Origin: Tubiluchus corallicola
Lineage: Eukaryota > Animalia > Priapulida
Direction of reading: 5' to 3'
DNA: 64,000 bases
Assembly: GCA_030141605.1 (NCBI GenBank)
Contig: JAQGDQ010000119.1
Span: forward strand, 491,005-555,004
Position 1 is the stretch's first letter, and each line of letters starts with the position of its first letter. Both the position numbers and the translations under genes were made by a program. Under the pieces are notes generated by a model that did no database searches, was not told where the DNA came from, and saw only the letters and a program-made list of their open reading frames with translations. This document shows positions 12,270 through 25,700 of this stretch, in pieces.

Positions 12270-14364
12270 TTATCATTTCATTGCTCCAGCCCTGAAGGTT
12301 ACCAGCATTTCGTTTTTTAATCTCTTATTACTTCATGCACATCTTCTACACTTATTTCCTTTATTTTCCTCTTTTTACATATCTCTCTAATTTGGCTGAA
12401 AATTTTATTGACTTTTTCTTCTGCTTCAAATTCTGCCTCCTCTATTGCAAGTAGTTCTTCATAATATTTCATATCCTTCTCTTTAGTTTGTTCACTGTCA
12501 CTGATCACCCTGCCATCATTTTCTTTAATCACACATGCTTCTTCAAAAATCCCAAAAAAAGGTTAGATCTCATTTTTCCTTAGACACATGAGCATTCTAC
12601 TGCTTTTTTCAGTCTCTTTGCTTAATCATTTTTCTCTTGGTCTACAATATGTTCCATCACGATCTTTATTCTTTCAGCCAATTGACATTTCTGAGATTCA
12701 CTGATGCCTTGACAATTTTGTGTTTGTTTTAATGTTCTAATTCTCATTAATTATTTATCATTTTTGACTTGCCTTTCTTTTTCTTGACATTTTTAGTTAT
12801 ACTCTCCTTTACTCTTAATACTTCTCGGTTCCATGTGTTATATTTTTCTTGACAACTCTCTTCTCCATCCCAAATCTTTGCTAATCCCCCTACTTCTGTT
12901 AAGTTTTCAAACAATTTTGCATCTTTTTCCTTTAATTTATATTTTGCTTTTCTTTTATCAGCATCTCTTTCATTTTCGACAACAAAAGCTTCTCTCCAAT
13001 TTAATGTTACTATTTTAGTGTTATGGTCAGAATATAACACTTCACCTTCACCTCTCTCACGAGCTGTTTTATATACACCCCATATCTTTGCTTCATCAAT
13101 AATTATTTCTTCTACAATGTGCGCATCATTTTTCTTTATTACTGCATAATCAATTACTGATTTAGATTCATTTTCCACCCTAGTTCATAGCCATGAGCAG
13201 TTATTAGCAGCATTTATCATTTCCAAATTGTTCTTATTGATTAAATTAATCAACAATTTACCAGCTGGGGTAACTTCTTCTCTAGTTTCTTGTATCATAC
13301 TTCCTACTTTGCAGTTGAAATCCCCAATCAACATAATTTTTTCACCCTCTCTTTCAGCTTCTTCTAAATATTTTTCGACGTGCTTGCACATCAGTTTTAA
13401 TTGTTGAACTTTTGTCCTTCCGTTCTGTGGTCCACATATATAGCCAATTCTCACTTTAATTCTACCATTGTTGATTATCATCCAAATCCCTTCATAATTT
13501 TCGTTTACTTTTTCTAATATATAAGTTACTCTAGCTAATTATTTTTTTTTAATAAAATCATTATTTCTCCTTTTTTGCCATTTCGATTATTAACGACTTT
13601 ATCGTATTCGCTATGTTTTGTTTCAGAATTAAATTCTTCATTTTCTTCCTCTCCATCATTTAAAAAAGTTTCAAGAATACACACAGTTTCTAGATCTTTT
13701 TCTTTTAATATTAAATTAACACTTTCTTCTTACTTTTTTAAACCCAAGTTTACGTAACCTATTTTAAAATTTTTGTACAATTTTTTATTACTATTCCCCT
13801 TCCTACCTTTCGTTTTAGCTCTTTGTTTATTTTTTAGTTTTTACCACCTCTGATTCATTTGAAATGAGATCTTTTGCACTTGTTCTCTTAAAAAATGTAA
13901 ATGTTGTTCCATATCTTCCATTTGTTTGCCTCTCTCTCTTACCTCTTTTGACCAGGTCATGTTACTATTGTTTTCACTCTCATATCCTCTCATTCAATAG
14001 TCTCTCTCCCATTCAGTATTTCGACCATTCCTTTCTGTTTCCCACCTTCTGTTTACTTTTTTGCTCTCTTGTTCTAAACTTTTGTCCTAAACTTGTCCTA
14101 CATTCACCTCTAAATGGGCATTGCCTACCTTCTCTGAAGTACCTGCACACAGTAATCATTTCTCCGAACTTCACATGCTTGTATCTACAATTCTCACCGA
14201 ACTAACACTTCAAGCCCTTGTGATGATATTTACAAATTATATCAGGCTTATCATTATTGCCGATTTGTTTGCTGGCTACTCCTTTATTATTTGCTAGAGG
14301 CTCATTTTTCGTTTCTTAATTGCTCCAGTTCTCTCTCATTTTTATCAAGTTCTTTTTCTAGTTC

Positions 14365-16210
14365 AATTCAATTTCAATTCAATTCAATTATTTATTATCT
14401 CCGTTAGAACGATAAAAATACAGTATAAAGAATACATGGAATATTTTAAAGCAAAGGAGAAGGGCAGCGAAGAACCCGTAGGTTATCAAGTCAGCCACCC
14501 TTAAATAGTTATGATTAAATAAACTTAATTATGGCGTCGTTATCAATTTAAATTTGTATTCGGTTGATGTGTGTTAATTTGGCAATTGAATGATAGGTAT
14601 CGTAATACTGTAGAACATATAGTTTAAATAACGAAAGATTTACAATTCTAAAATACTATGAATCATGCTAAGCAAACACAATAAAAATAACTTGAGATTT
14701 TTAAGATAACAGAATATGCATAATTTGAGCATTAACTAAAAAATCCGGCAAAAAAACAAAACAAAAAAACAGTAGAATGATCAACCAAAGCTGTCGAGAA
14801 AAAAATATAATAGATTAAACCAAGGAAAAATAAGGCAAATATAAATCATACAAAACAAAACAAGAAACAGAAGCAAATAAGAAAAACAAAACTGAAATGT
14901 TGTAATAATAACATCAATGACTGAATTTGTCGAGAAAGAAAATATAATAAATTAAACCATCGAAAAACTATTTCAACTGTAAATCAGACAAAATGAAATC
15001 AAAATATAACAAAAACTTAAACAAAATCTTTAAGTGTCGTAGCAATGAAAAAAATATGTATAGTATTACAAGTATATAAGCAAAATGTCTCATTTATTTG
15101 TATCCTGCAATAAGTTGTTTTTTATAGTTTAAAATTAACTTTTTGTAGTTACTGGACTTTAACTGGTCTGGTAATGAATTCCACAGCAAAGATCCTTGGT
15201 GTTTTAAAGAATTCTGGCCTTTAGATGAGTTAAATCATTCAATAAAATAAAATTGGGTTGTAGCAAACCTAGTAGAGTGGTGATGCATGTGACATGCTAA
15301 AGTATAATAATTGCTGAAGAGATCTGGAAGTGAATTATTTTTGAATTTATGTACAAACTTGAGCAATTCTAATTTATACAGATCATGAACTTTTAGTAGA
15401 TTTAGTTGCAAATACAAAGGTGTTACATGTTCCCTTTTGCTAGTAAATGTTGTAAGTTTGATAATCTTGTTTTGTTTAGAAACCAATGATTTTAAGACCG
15501 ATGCTGAAGCACTACCCCAGGCGAGAATGCCATAACTCAGATATGGCATGACAAGAGAAGAATATAAGAGCCGTAGTGCATCTACATTTATGTAGTGTCG
15601 TATTCTAGCTAATACTCCACTTAATTTGCTAATTTTGTTGACTATATGCTGAACATGTGTTTTCCAAGTAATTCTACTATCTATAAATATACCAAGATAT
15701 TTGATTTCTTGTGTAGATTGAATAGTACAACATCCCATATTTATGTTTAAACTATTGTTATGTTGCTTGTTTCCAATTAACATATATTTTGTTTTTTTAT
15801 AATTTATCGATAGCTTATTTGCTTGCATCCATTTATTAATATTGTCCAGCTCCACATTTACTGAATGTTCTAATGTTTTGATATTTTGGTGTGATAAAAA
15901 TAAGTTTGTATCGTCTGCAAACAATCTGGTGTTAAATTGCGAACAAGATGGCAGATCGTTAATATATAAAAGAAATAACAATGGACCCAATGTAGAACCC
16001 TGTGGGACACCACAGGTTATATCAGCAAGTTTAGATTCCGATGAGTCAATAGACGTAAACTGTTTCCTATTAGTAAGGTAAGACGTGAAAAGCGCAAGAG
16101 GACGTCCCCTGATACCATAGTATGATAACTTATATAACAAAATGTCATGTTGTACCGTGTCGAATGCTTTCGATAAATCTAAAAATATAGCACAAGTAGT
16201 TTTCCCCTTA
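14365..16210 (-). mobile_element. 5'-truncated CR1/L2-group (Crack/Daphne-like) LINE inserted in the host LINE ORF1
   Basis: RT motifs FLDLSKAFDTV, GVPQGSTLGPLLFLLYINDL, LFADDT and KYLGIFID. The 3' UTR ends in AATAAA plus a (TTGAA)n tail. A 6-bp target duplication TAGTTC flanks it at 14359-14364 and 16211-16216. Confidence 0.9.
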
Positions 16211-16339
16211 TAGTTCCTTGACTTTATCACCTGTTTCTCTTGCCTTTTTGTTGTTTTCTTCATCAGTTTTACTTTTTCGAACTTTTCCTTAGTTGTTTGA
16301 CATATTCTTGTGCCAGAATGTACTTATGTCTAGTTTCGA

Positions 16340-16343
<4 letters not shown>

Positions 16344-16399
<56 letters not shown>
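16344..16399. repeat. (CT)n/(AG)n microsatellite
   Basis: Pure ctctct run inside the host LINE ORF1 region; it produces the spurious SL/RE ORFs. Confidence 0.95.
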
Positions 16400-16405
<6 letters not shown>

Positions 16406-16899
16406 AGTTTTTGCCAGGTTTGTTTTATAATCACTCATCTCTTTCTTTAGTTGCCTCTTTTCTGCTTTTTTCTTTGATTTTCTCATTTTCAGTTTCATCA
16501 GTATTTACTTCCTTATTCTATTCTCTATTATTTCTTTCAAAGTTTTTTCCAACTCCAACTTTTCCTTCGTCGACCTTTCTTGTTGTTGTTTATAAACCTG
16601 GTTATAGGGTTATAAATATGTAAGGTTATAAACGTGTTTATAAGCCTCAAGTTTGGGCGGCTGTGGTCGTAAATAATTCCCAACACATTTCGTAAAACCG
16701 GGGCGTTCCGTATCGTAGGTTGCAAGTTAGTGACGATAAAATAAATTTTGGTGGTTGAAGTTAGAAGTCGAACGTGAAGGGTAGAGTCTGAAGGCTGTTG
16801 ACTGATTGCCATGTTTGAGGGCCTTTTGACATTCGTCGTAATTTGCGCTGTCAATTAGGGTTTCCTTGGTATTTTGGTAGACAGCAATTTTGTTTATTA

Positions 16900-17420
16900 C
16901 TTTAAATCAAAATTATTTATTTTTCATTTCAATAACAATAATCAATACATAGAAAAATAGGTATAAATAAAAAAACCAAAGAAATGCTAAATCGAATCAG
17001 CCACTTACATGATTAATGATTTGTAATGTATCTGACATTACAAATCATGTCACGAGAATTATGAACTTTGACAATAATAGAGAAAAATAAAACTTTAAAA
17101 GTCAATTAAAAAAACAAGGAACTTTGACTATTTAGAAAAAAACGTATATTTCACAGAACCAAAATATTTTTTTAAAATTGTTAATCAGTTAACACCATTG
17201 TATTTTTTTGAAATATTGCCAACAGAAAATAGTGACCTACTTGATTATTTATTACGTAACAGATATGATTTTGCTTTGTTTCGTACTAGTTGATGCAACT
17301 GTTTTAAATACTCATTCTTTCATGTGTCCGTGACTGAATGGAACAATTTGCCAAATTTTATAAAAGACTTGTTCCGTCAACACATTTTGCAGCAGGTACA
17401 AACAGTATCTTTTTTTTTTT
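16900..17420 (+). mobile_element. Highly decayed CR1-like LINE 3' fragment
   Basis: Residual peptides KIVNQLTPLY and YSFFHVSVTEWNNLP resemble the CR1-group ORF2 C-terminus. Boundaries approximate. Confidence 0.45.
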
Positions 17421-17959
17421 AACCGACCTACATATTATACACATGGTTCTCATCCAGGAGCAGTTCCACATACTCAAATGAGAGTCGGCTTTTCTCAGTT
17501 AAATCAGGATCTCAACAGTCACTGATGCAGAGATAAAACTGGGAGCATAGTTCAGCCAAATTGTACTTGAGGCTTATCGAGTGGCTCAACAGTACATCAT
17601 TACATGCTCGAGTGTCTCCTATATACAGCTAGTAGAACGAACCTTGAGGAAAACTAACCCAGCTATATCAACAATATGTTTTCCCATTTAATTTAAATAA
17701 CTTGAGTAATCAACTGAAAATTTCAACATTTCTATTCGGATCCTCTCAACTAAACCACAACCAAAATGTTACAGTCTTTCAAACTATCCAAGACTACATA
17801 AAATCTACGCACCGCTTTTCATCAATTGATTGTATGTAGTATTACTAATTTAACGTCAATATTACTAATTTAACATCAATATTTATTTAACCCATTACTA
17901 ACACATATTTCTTTTGCAATACAGCCTAAGGTATTATTAATCAGTTTGTGCATAACTGT

Positions 17960-18480
17960 ATACAAAATGTTATGACTAAACAAGTATATGTTGATCTGTG
18001 CGTTCGTACAGGTGAGTGGTACAGCAGCTCAATCATCTTCTGTAAAAACACTAATGAAATATTCGTTAAGTAGTTCAGCTTTGCGTGCATCATCACTAAC
18101 TTCCTCTCCATTTTCCTTTAATGTAGGGACCTTGTCGCGTTTCATTGAAATGTGGTTGACATACTCCCAGAAGCATTCGGAATGCAATTTTATTGACATT
18201 ACTTGTCATTTTTCGCAATTTTTCTTGGCTTTCCTAATAGTTCGAGTGGTAGTATTTCTTTATCGAGCATACAAGTTGAAACTAGTAAGATCTTGCCTAG
18301 CACAGTTTAATCTCCATTTATTATGTTTGGATTTTATAGCTTGAAGAGCTTCTTTTGTCTTCTAGGCTGATTTGAGTTTACCGGTTTTACTCGACATAGT
18401 TTAGTTACAGGTGTAAACTGGTTCATTGTTTCTGTAAATTGGCAAATGAAGTAGTCCCAGGTTTGTTTGGTGGGCTTATA
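17960..18480 (-). mobile_element. CR1-like LINE ORF2 fragment (endonuclease-RT linker)
   Basis: The minus strand reads VPTLKENGEEVSDDARKAELLNEYFISVFT, matching the K/RAELLN.YF.SVFT motif typical of CR1 ORF2. Interrupted by stops. Confidence 0.65.
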
Positions 18481-19712
18481 CATTAATGCTTCCTGCCAAT
18501 TTGATTGTAGGAAAATAACAAGTGTTTACAAAGTAACAAGTACATCAGCATGAACAAACAAATGAGACAGAATCATAATGCAGAAGACATTATTAACAAA
18601 ATGAAGTAGAGAAGCAAAACAAAATAGAAAATAATTTTCATGCGGACGTATCTTAGTTTTTGATAACTTTTGTTACCTAAAACTTTTGACGATATTGCTT
18701 CTTTAGTGGGCGTTTTAGCGAGTGTATCAGTTCACTGCTCATCTACTGGTGACTAATTTACCATCAGTATGCACTTGAAATTAATTCCATTTTGTTTAAA
18801 ATAATTGTCGGAACACCTGTGTACCGTATTATTCAGTTTAATTCCCAACTATCATTTCAGTTCACAGTTGTCTGAATTTCCATGCCATCTATCACTGTAG
18901 AGGGTAACTTGCGAACAGATATATCCTGTGCCCATGGACTGTAGTGTATAATTAAAACAAAATGTAGGTAAATGCTATTTAACACCCAATTCTGATTTGG
19001 CAATAGCCAAATAGGTTTTAGCACCCAAGTTCGGCTTGGAAATAACTAAAATTTAATGGGTTTTAACATCCGTGTCCGACTGGAAATAAATATTTCTGTT
19101 TACCTGACTGAAATTTCATAACTATTTTCTTTTGTAATAAAACGAAACTTGATGAAAAGCTTAGCTGGCTGAACTGATGCAGTATGCATGTAGCATTTTT
19201 AAATGGTTACCCAAAAGCATTTGAGATGGCAAATAATTTCCTTAATAAGTAGGCTAATAAATGAGTGATAGTAAGTGTGAACAATCCATTTAGCTGGTGT
19301 GTGAAAATACTACATGGGATGTTCACGCTTGCTGGACATCCCCATGTACTGCAGCACCATGTGATATCAGATCTCAGTTTTATTTGCAATAATGGGTGAG
19401 AAGTGTCCATTAAATTTACGGATTTTTTGCCTGTGGTTTCTCCCAGACATCCCGAATTGAAAAGTGAGCCCCTATGGTACCATGGAGGATGTTTGTTATG
19501 TTTTGTTTGATATGTCATGATAACAAATGTTATTATATGTCAGTAGTTGCAGCTAAAATGGCATATCATATATATCAGTATATCAGGCATATCAGTATAC
19601 CTGGAGAATTAATAGTATTAGATTATTATTATCCAGCTACACCCTATGAATAAAGATAGTAAATTTATATATACGTTTTTAATTAGGCCGAATTTCCCTT
19701 CCCCATTAAAAC

Positions 19713-19736
19713 ATGGCATCGACATCGGCTGCATAG
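19713..19736 (+). promoter_or_regulatory. Candidate upstream ORF (MASTSAA*) 8 nt before the racemase ATG
   Basis: aaacATGg context; ATG GCA TCG ACA TCG GCT GCA TAG; out of frame with the main ATG at 19745; downstream of a putative acceptor (aattag, 19686). Confidence 0.4.
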
Positions 19737-19744
19737 CGTAGAAG

Positions 19745-22700
19745 ATGGAGACTGATTCACACAGTGTGTTCAAGCTAATCAATGGATCAGCTTATATAAA
19801 AATAAATCTTGATGCTGTTACTAAGAATGTGAATATTTTGCGTTCTTCAGTGTCAAATCGCACAGGTAAGCAAATGTATAGACTAATAAGCCTGCATGTT
19901 TTAATCATGTTTTAAGTTATTTGACTGCAACGTAATGTATCCAGACTCACCCTGGCATTGCCCATTGTCTGGTAATGCTGTATTGAGCTTCATTTGAAAT
20001 TAAAAACTACCAAAACCGGCTAAACAGTCCAGCTGTGTACATTTGTTTTAAAAGTATATGTATAATATGACAGATTTTGGTCTAAGGATTTTAAACAAAG
20101 TATTTAAATTGTTTAAACTCTGCAGAGAATGTTACCTTATTAATTGTTTGTGGGCAGCCAAGAAACTGTTGGAAATAGCTTCGATATCACAAAATATAAA
20201 TTAACCCAAAACAGTATTGGATCACTATAAAAAAAATATCAACATTTTTGTAGATTTATTGAAATTAAAGCTGTGTTCATATCATAAAATTCAAAGGCTG
20301 TAAATCACAGTTGTTTTTGTTGTATAATAACAAAATAAAGCTTTTAATGCACTGATAAAAATGGTTTTCTAATCAGCATTTATACAGTTAATTTATGAAC
20401 AATATACAGAATGTGCACAAGGTAAAGTCTCATTCCCAAGTAAGAAGTAAGATAGGCAAGTTAGTGGGAGGCACCTTAGACTGTAGTTCACCAGCAGGCC
20501 TGTGTCTTTTTACTAGCAAATCCCAAGCTTCACTTCAAGTTATATATAGTATAGTATATATAGTATACACTTCAAGGAAATATAGTAATGATACGTCTTA
20601 CTGGCAACTCCAGCTCTGCACAGAATAAGTCAGACTCTGTGTATATATATATATATGTTTATTGACTGATTAAGAGATAGTCGAACATTTGGTTCAGTCC
20701 ATAGATCATTACAAAAAAAGGACTTTTGATCATATAACATGATCATTCCTGTCAAAAAAAAATAACTGAAGAATTATTTACACATTCTCACTACACACTT
20801 ATTATCGCCTAACATGATCATTACTGTCAAAAAAAATAACTGAAGAATTATTTATACATTCTCACTACCCACTTATTATCGCCTAACATGATCATTACTG
20901 TCCAAAAATCGCTAAACAGTTATTTACAAATTCACAATATGAGTTTGGGTTTCCATTGAAAAATTCATGCAAAACGTTGAAGCTCAGTTCAGTGTTATCT
21001 TCACGAAGGTGATTAGTAAGTGGACAAAAACAGATAACATGCTCTTCTGTTTGAATGTTTAAGCCAGAACAGGAGCATAGCCTGTCCTCTCTTTTTATCC
21101 TTGCCCATCTTCCCGTCTCAATAGCTAGGTTATGTGAGGAGAGGCGTAACCGAGATGTTTTAATCCTATGGAGCTCATTTACTTTAACGCTATACATTGC
21201 ACTGACAGATAGTTCGGGATTCAGATAGAGATAGGTGCACAGTTTAGTTCTCTCGGAATCCCTGTTATGTTGTTTTGTGTTCACGAGGTCGTCAGAGATA
21301 ATATCCGTTTTACGAAGGATAGCTTTCACATATTGTACACATGGTGTGTTCGCTTCTGAGCACAAATTCCATACTATTGAAAATGGGTCGTCGGGCTCGT
21401 TGGCCCTCGATTCGATTATCCGTCTAAAGAACTTTGATTGCACGTTTTGAACGTACGCTTTGGCAGAAGGTAATCCTAGCTCGACTAAACATAAGTCATT
21501 AGCGGTTGTCTTCCTGACGCCAAGCAATGCTTTAATCACAGAATTGTACATCACATTTATCGGTTTAAGATTGCCAGTCAACCAAGATTCACAGCTGTAG
21601 AAAATAGATGATAGCAGGGCCGCGTCCATCACTTTTTTCTTAACCCAGAATGGGAATAGTGAGTTTTTGTTCACAAATGATACATATTTAAGAACATGGG
21701 TAAACCTTTCTTCGCAATGTTTTTCCAGTGAGGGCTGTAACTTTCCTGAAGCACTGGTTCAAATGTACATCAACACTGTTTCAAATGACAATCGTTTGCA
21801 TATCAAAATACGACTTTGCACCTCAAATTGATGTATATATGATAGTTGACTTTGACAGTGAGTCTAGTCTACCTACGTCACAAACTACAGCTGCATCAGG
21901 CTAACCATTGTCGGTTCCAAAATTTTTTTTTTTCATTTTTATGTTGTTACCAACATTCATTCACTGCTTTTTATACACATGGCTGCTTTTAACATCCACA
22001 TGCCAGCTGCTCTCTACCTGAACTAACTTTGTTAGATCACCTGTTCTGGCTTCCACTCATGCAGATGTGCAAAACAAAATATGAAGGTTACTTGAAGATA
22101 CACATTTCTTGGTATTAGAATAGGAAACTAGCTGAATCGCTTGAAAATTCATACACTGACATGACATTACAGACGTTTATATATGAACACCAAAAATTTT
22201 AGGTCATTCTCCAAAGACACAGAAATATTAAATCGGTAAGTCAAAAAAATAAATGCCTAAAAAAATTTTGTGTCGCTATTGTTGAAATTTACAGCAAGTG
22301 CTTTGAATGTCCATCATTTTTACTGAAAACTAGAAAGTTTTTTCCAACAGTTGACATAGTTTCTCAGTTCTTTAAGGGGTAGTTGGTCCCGACATTCAAC
22401 AATTTTTTTATTCCCTGCCATTATTGTACTCTAAACTTTGGCACATTTTTTCTGCACCACCCAATATATGGGTATTTTGTGGATTAAGATTTGTCTGTAG
22501 TCTGTCGCATGGCAGATGCGCTTTTGCTTACATTTCCTAAAGCAAACTACATCGTGCGGCTCTGTTTTAAATGTGGGATGTATGAGTTCTTGAAGCCAAC
22601 ACACAGTGAATTTCCCTCTGCTGTGCTAAGTGTTAGGGCAATGTTTCAAGAATTTACAAAATTTCACACAAATATTTACTTTTGAATGTGGGATTTTTAG

Positions 22701-25700
22701 CAAATTTTACCAGAGAATTTTTGAAAAATTGTTACTTAATGACATTTTGCATCTTTTACTTCCCATTTTGGTTTTCTCTACAAACCTCAACAAGTTTATC
22801 TCCTTGGGCTCGATAGTAAGCATTTGCAGTTTGCATTGTATCTATACATAACTCATTGTTATATTCTTAGTAAAGCATTTTGGAAAGTAAACGAAAAATT
22901 AAAATAAAAAGCAGACTGATGTTACGTTGTTGAAATACACTGACGATGTTGTCACTTCTCACAGGAATGATAGGTGTCGTGAAAGGAGGCTGCTATGGTC
23001 ATGGAGGCATTCCGGTATCACGTCACTTGAAATCACTTGGAGTGGAAGAGCTCGCCGTTGCCACTATTGGGGAAGGCCGATCCCTTCGACAAGCCGGCAT
23101 ATCAGGGAAAATACATGTGTTAGGTGATTTTTGTGTTTCCTGTGTTTTCAACGGAGGGAGAGGCTGGTAGCTTTGTTATGAAACAGTGACACCCTATCGA
23201 CACTATTTACAGTGCTTTTCAACAATTAGTTAGACCTACTATAAAAACTTTCTGTAGCAGTTCTGATTAAGCTTAGTAAACCGACCATTAGCTTTACATA
23301 GCTACGTGGTAATATTTTTGCAAATGGAAAAGGCTGTTATTGTTACTTTTTTCATTTTGTTGCCAAACAGCAACATATATGTAAATGGCTGAAGTCTTAC
23401 AGTATATAAATCCTCCACAAAATTGTCTTGATGTAGAAAGAGTAGTGGTAGCTTCATGAAATTTTAACTTTTTGGTGTGACACTTTTACTGTCAAAATGA
23501 TGTTCCTGTTGCCTTTTAATATACACTCAAACCTTTTTATACCCTTCACTTTTGGACCTCATACAGTTGGCGTTATAACAAGTTTGGGATTATAACGAAG
23601 TACATTAATGCATACATGTCTGTGCAAATATAGTTATTGTGTTTTGCTAAGAATTTGGGCGTTAAGCAAAGTTGGCATTATAAAGGGGCATTATAACAAA
23701 GTTTTACTGTAATGTTATTAGATATACAAATATAATTTTTGCCATTGTAAAAAGCAATGGCATTTCTTTTGGTTATTGTTTTAAGCATGCAAAAACCCAA
23801 ATGAATAAAGATATTTTCGGAAAGACAAGAGTTGTTTGTAAGATAAGCAAGTACCTTGGGAAATACAGGACGGTTGACGTAAACACTGACATAAACTTCT
23901 GGTTAAATAGTGATGGAATACATTAGAGATTGCATTCAGTTTATTATCAATGATTGCGCAATAGGGTGACATTATCGAACAAAAAGAAGCATCCCTTGCT
24001 TGCCCGAACTCATAGTTGGAAAAGCGAAAAGAAGAAGTTTAACTACCAAATTTGGAGTAAATAAGCCATTACAAATCATTTGATCAGGTGTATAATATTG
24101 TAAAAAATGAATCACTGAAGAATTTTTTGCTTAGTGATTAATCTGTTAGAGGAAGAGAGTTTTCATCGTTGGAATTGTCTATCAAGGTATTCACTAATAT
24201 TTTTTTTGTTTTAAGCCAATATGCTGCCCGAAGAGTTTGATGCGGCTATGAAATATGACCTCATTCCGACAGTTTGTTGGGATCGAAGTTTGAAAGCTAT
24301 AGGAAAAGAGAGGCTACAACATAAGGTATATAATGCTGTTGCTTGAATCACTGCTTGTCGATTGAACAAATGAAGATTTTGCACATTGTTTGAAACTTTC
24401 AGACGTTTGTGGTTTACAACCTGAATTCACAAGTAGTGCCGACAAGCCACTGGCATAGCAGTGTCTAGTTTTTTGCTAGATTACTGCTGTGTTTACCTGT
24501 CTAATCTGAACATGTCGTGTTCTTCTAATGAGTTTTAAAACGTCCTCCAACTTCAGAAGTTTTGAAATTATGATGGCCTAATGATGATAAGGCATAACTT
24601 TCCTTTCAGAATGGAAATCGTTTAAAAGTGAACATTAAGGTTGATTCGGGCATGGGTCGCTATGGAGTGCAAAGTGAAGATTTAGATGATTTAGTACAGG
24701 TAACATATTCTATCTTAAAACATGTTCTATACAATAAGCACTGTACCAAATGAGCTATTTACAATACCAAAATACAAACTTATCAAGTTCGGTGTTTCAT
24801 TGTTATTGCCATTTACATCTCTTAGAACCGTGTTATGTTATGCAAGCCGATCTTGTCTGCTTATTTATAAATTTATTTGCTCTTCATTACCAAGTGGCTA
24901 CAAGAAATGAAGTTTTGTATGAATGGTACTTGGGAGAAGAGGAAAGTGGAGAGCTAGAGAGAGAGATGTGAGCAAAGCTAGGCAAAGAGAGGGAAGGAGA
25001 GAGAGAGAGAGAGAGAGAGAGATAGGGTAAGCGAGCGAGCTGGTGAGGAATGAAAGAAAGAAAGTTAAGAGATGAGCAGTGATACAAAAGTAAAGGCGAG
25101 CAAAGCTTGCTCGCTTTTGTTGCTATTACTTATTATCAAAATCAGTTGTGGCCTTAAAAATTATATCATCAAAATGCATTAATTAGCATTGTCTCACCAT
25201 TAGAATTCTTTGGCAAACTGGAACTTTTGAATGACTAATAAGCTTTTTCACGGTCTCGTTGTGCACACGCGTTGGTCAAAAGTTAAGTGTACCACAGCAA
25301 CGAGTCTTTGACTACAACTGTCACGTGACATGGATAAAACAAATCTGTCTGCTGCATCAGTTCAGTAACTTCAGTTGTTTTGCCTAGACTTTACTTAATT
25401 ATTGTAAGATTCTAGCTAGATGTTAAATCTGTTACTATTACAACAGTATGGACTGCGATGTCATGGATGTCAAGTATACACTAATGCGTCATCTGGTACA
25501 CCTAACTTTTGACCTTTTCAGGATCATCATTAATCGCTGGAACTATGAAAACGCTTATTAAGGTAGACAGATGTCAAATATTACTTCGAAACGTTACTGT
25601 ATTTTTATAGTCCTTGGATGCCATGGACGTTGGAATAGAAGGCATATTTTCCCATCTTGCAGGAGGCATTATGGATCGCGAAGGAAACGGAAAACAACTT

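Larger units (their letters stand above)
9425..16860 (-). mobile_element. Decayed near full-length non-LTR retrotransposon (ORF1 coiled coil + CCCH fingers; ORF2 APE-RT-CCHC), interrupted by two other LINEs
   Basis: Minus-strand fragments: APE endonuclease (MLIGDFNCKVG, SVIDY, SDHN; about 12747-13760), RT (DTEKCFDKLWLRDC, QGTVWGP, YVDDI; about 10684-11390) and C-terminal CPLCGKEADTTEHLFNC (9594-10169). ORF1 has CCCH fingers at about 14095-14235 and a Glu/Lys-rich coiled coil at about 14290-16500. There is a short (TAA)n-like tail near 9425, and many stops and frameshifts. Ends are approximate and the clade is not assignable by eye. Confidence 0.85.

Noticed and set aside
15235-16263. 342-aa ORF as a host gene or domesticated RT
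   Set aside because: It is a chimeric read-through from host-LINE DNA into a 5'-truncated nested LINE bounded by a TAGTTC duplication.
16240-16623. SL-repeat and RE-repeat ORFs (also 24887-25087, 52886-53272, 63128-63455)
   Set aside because: These are products of (CT)n or polypyrimidine low-complexity DNA.
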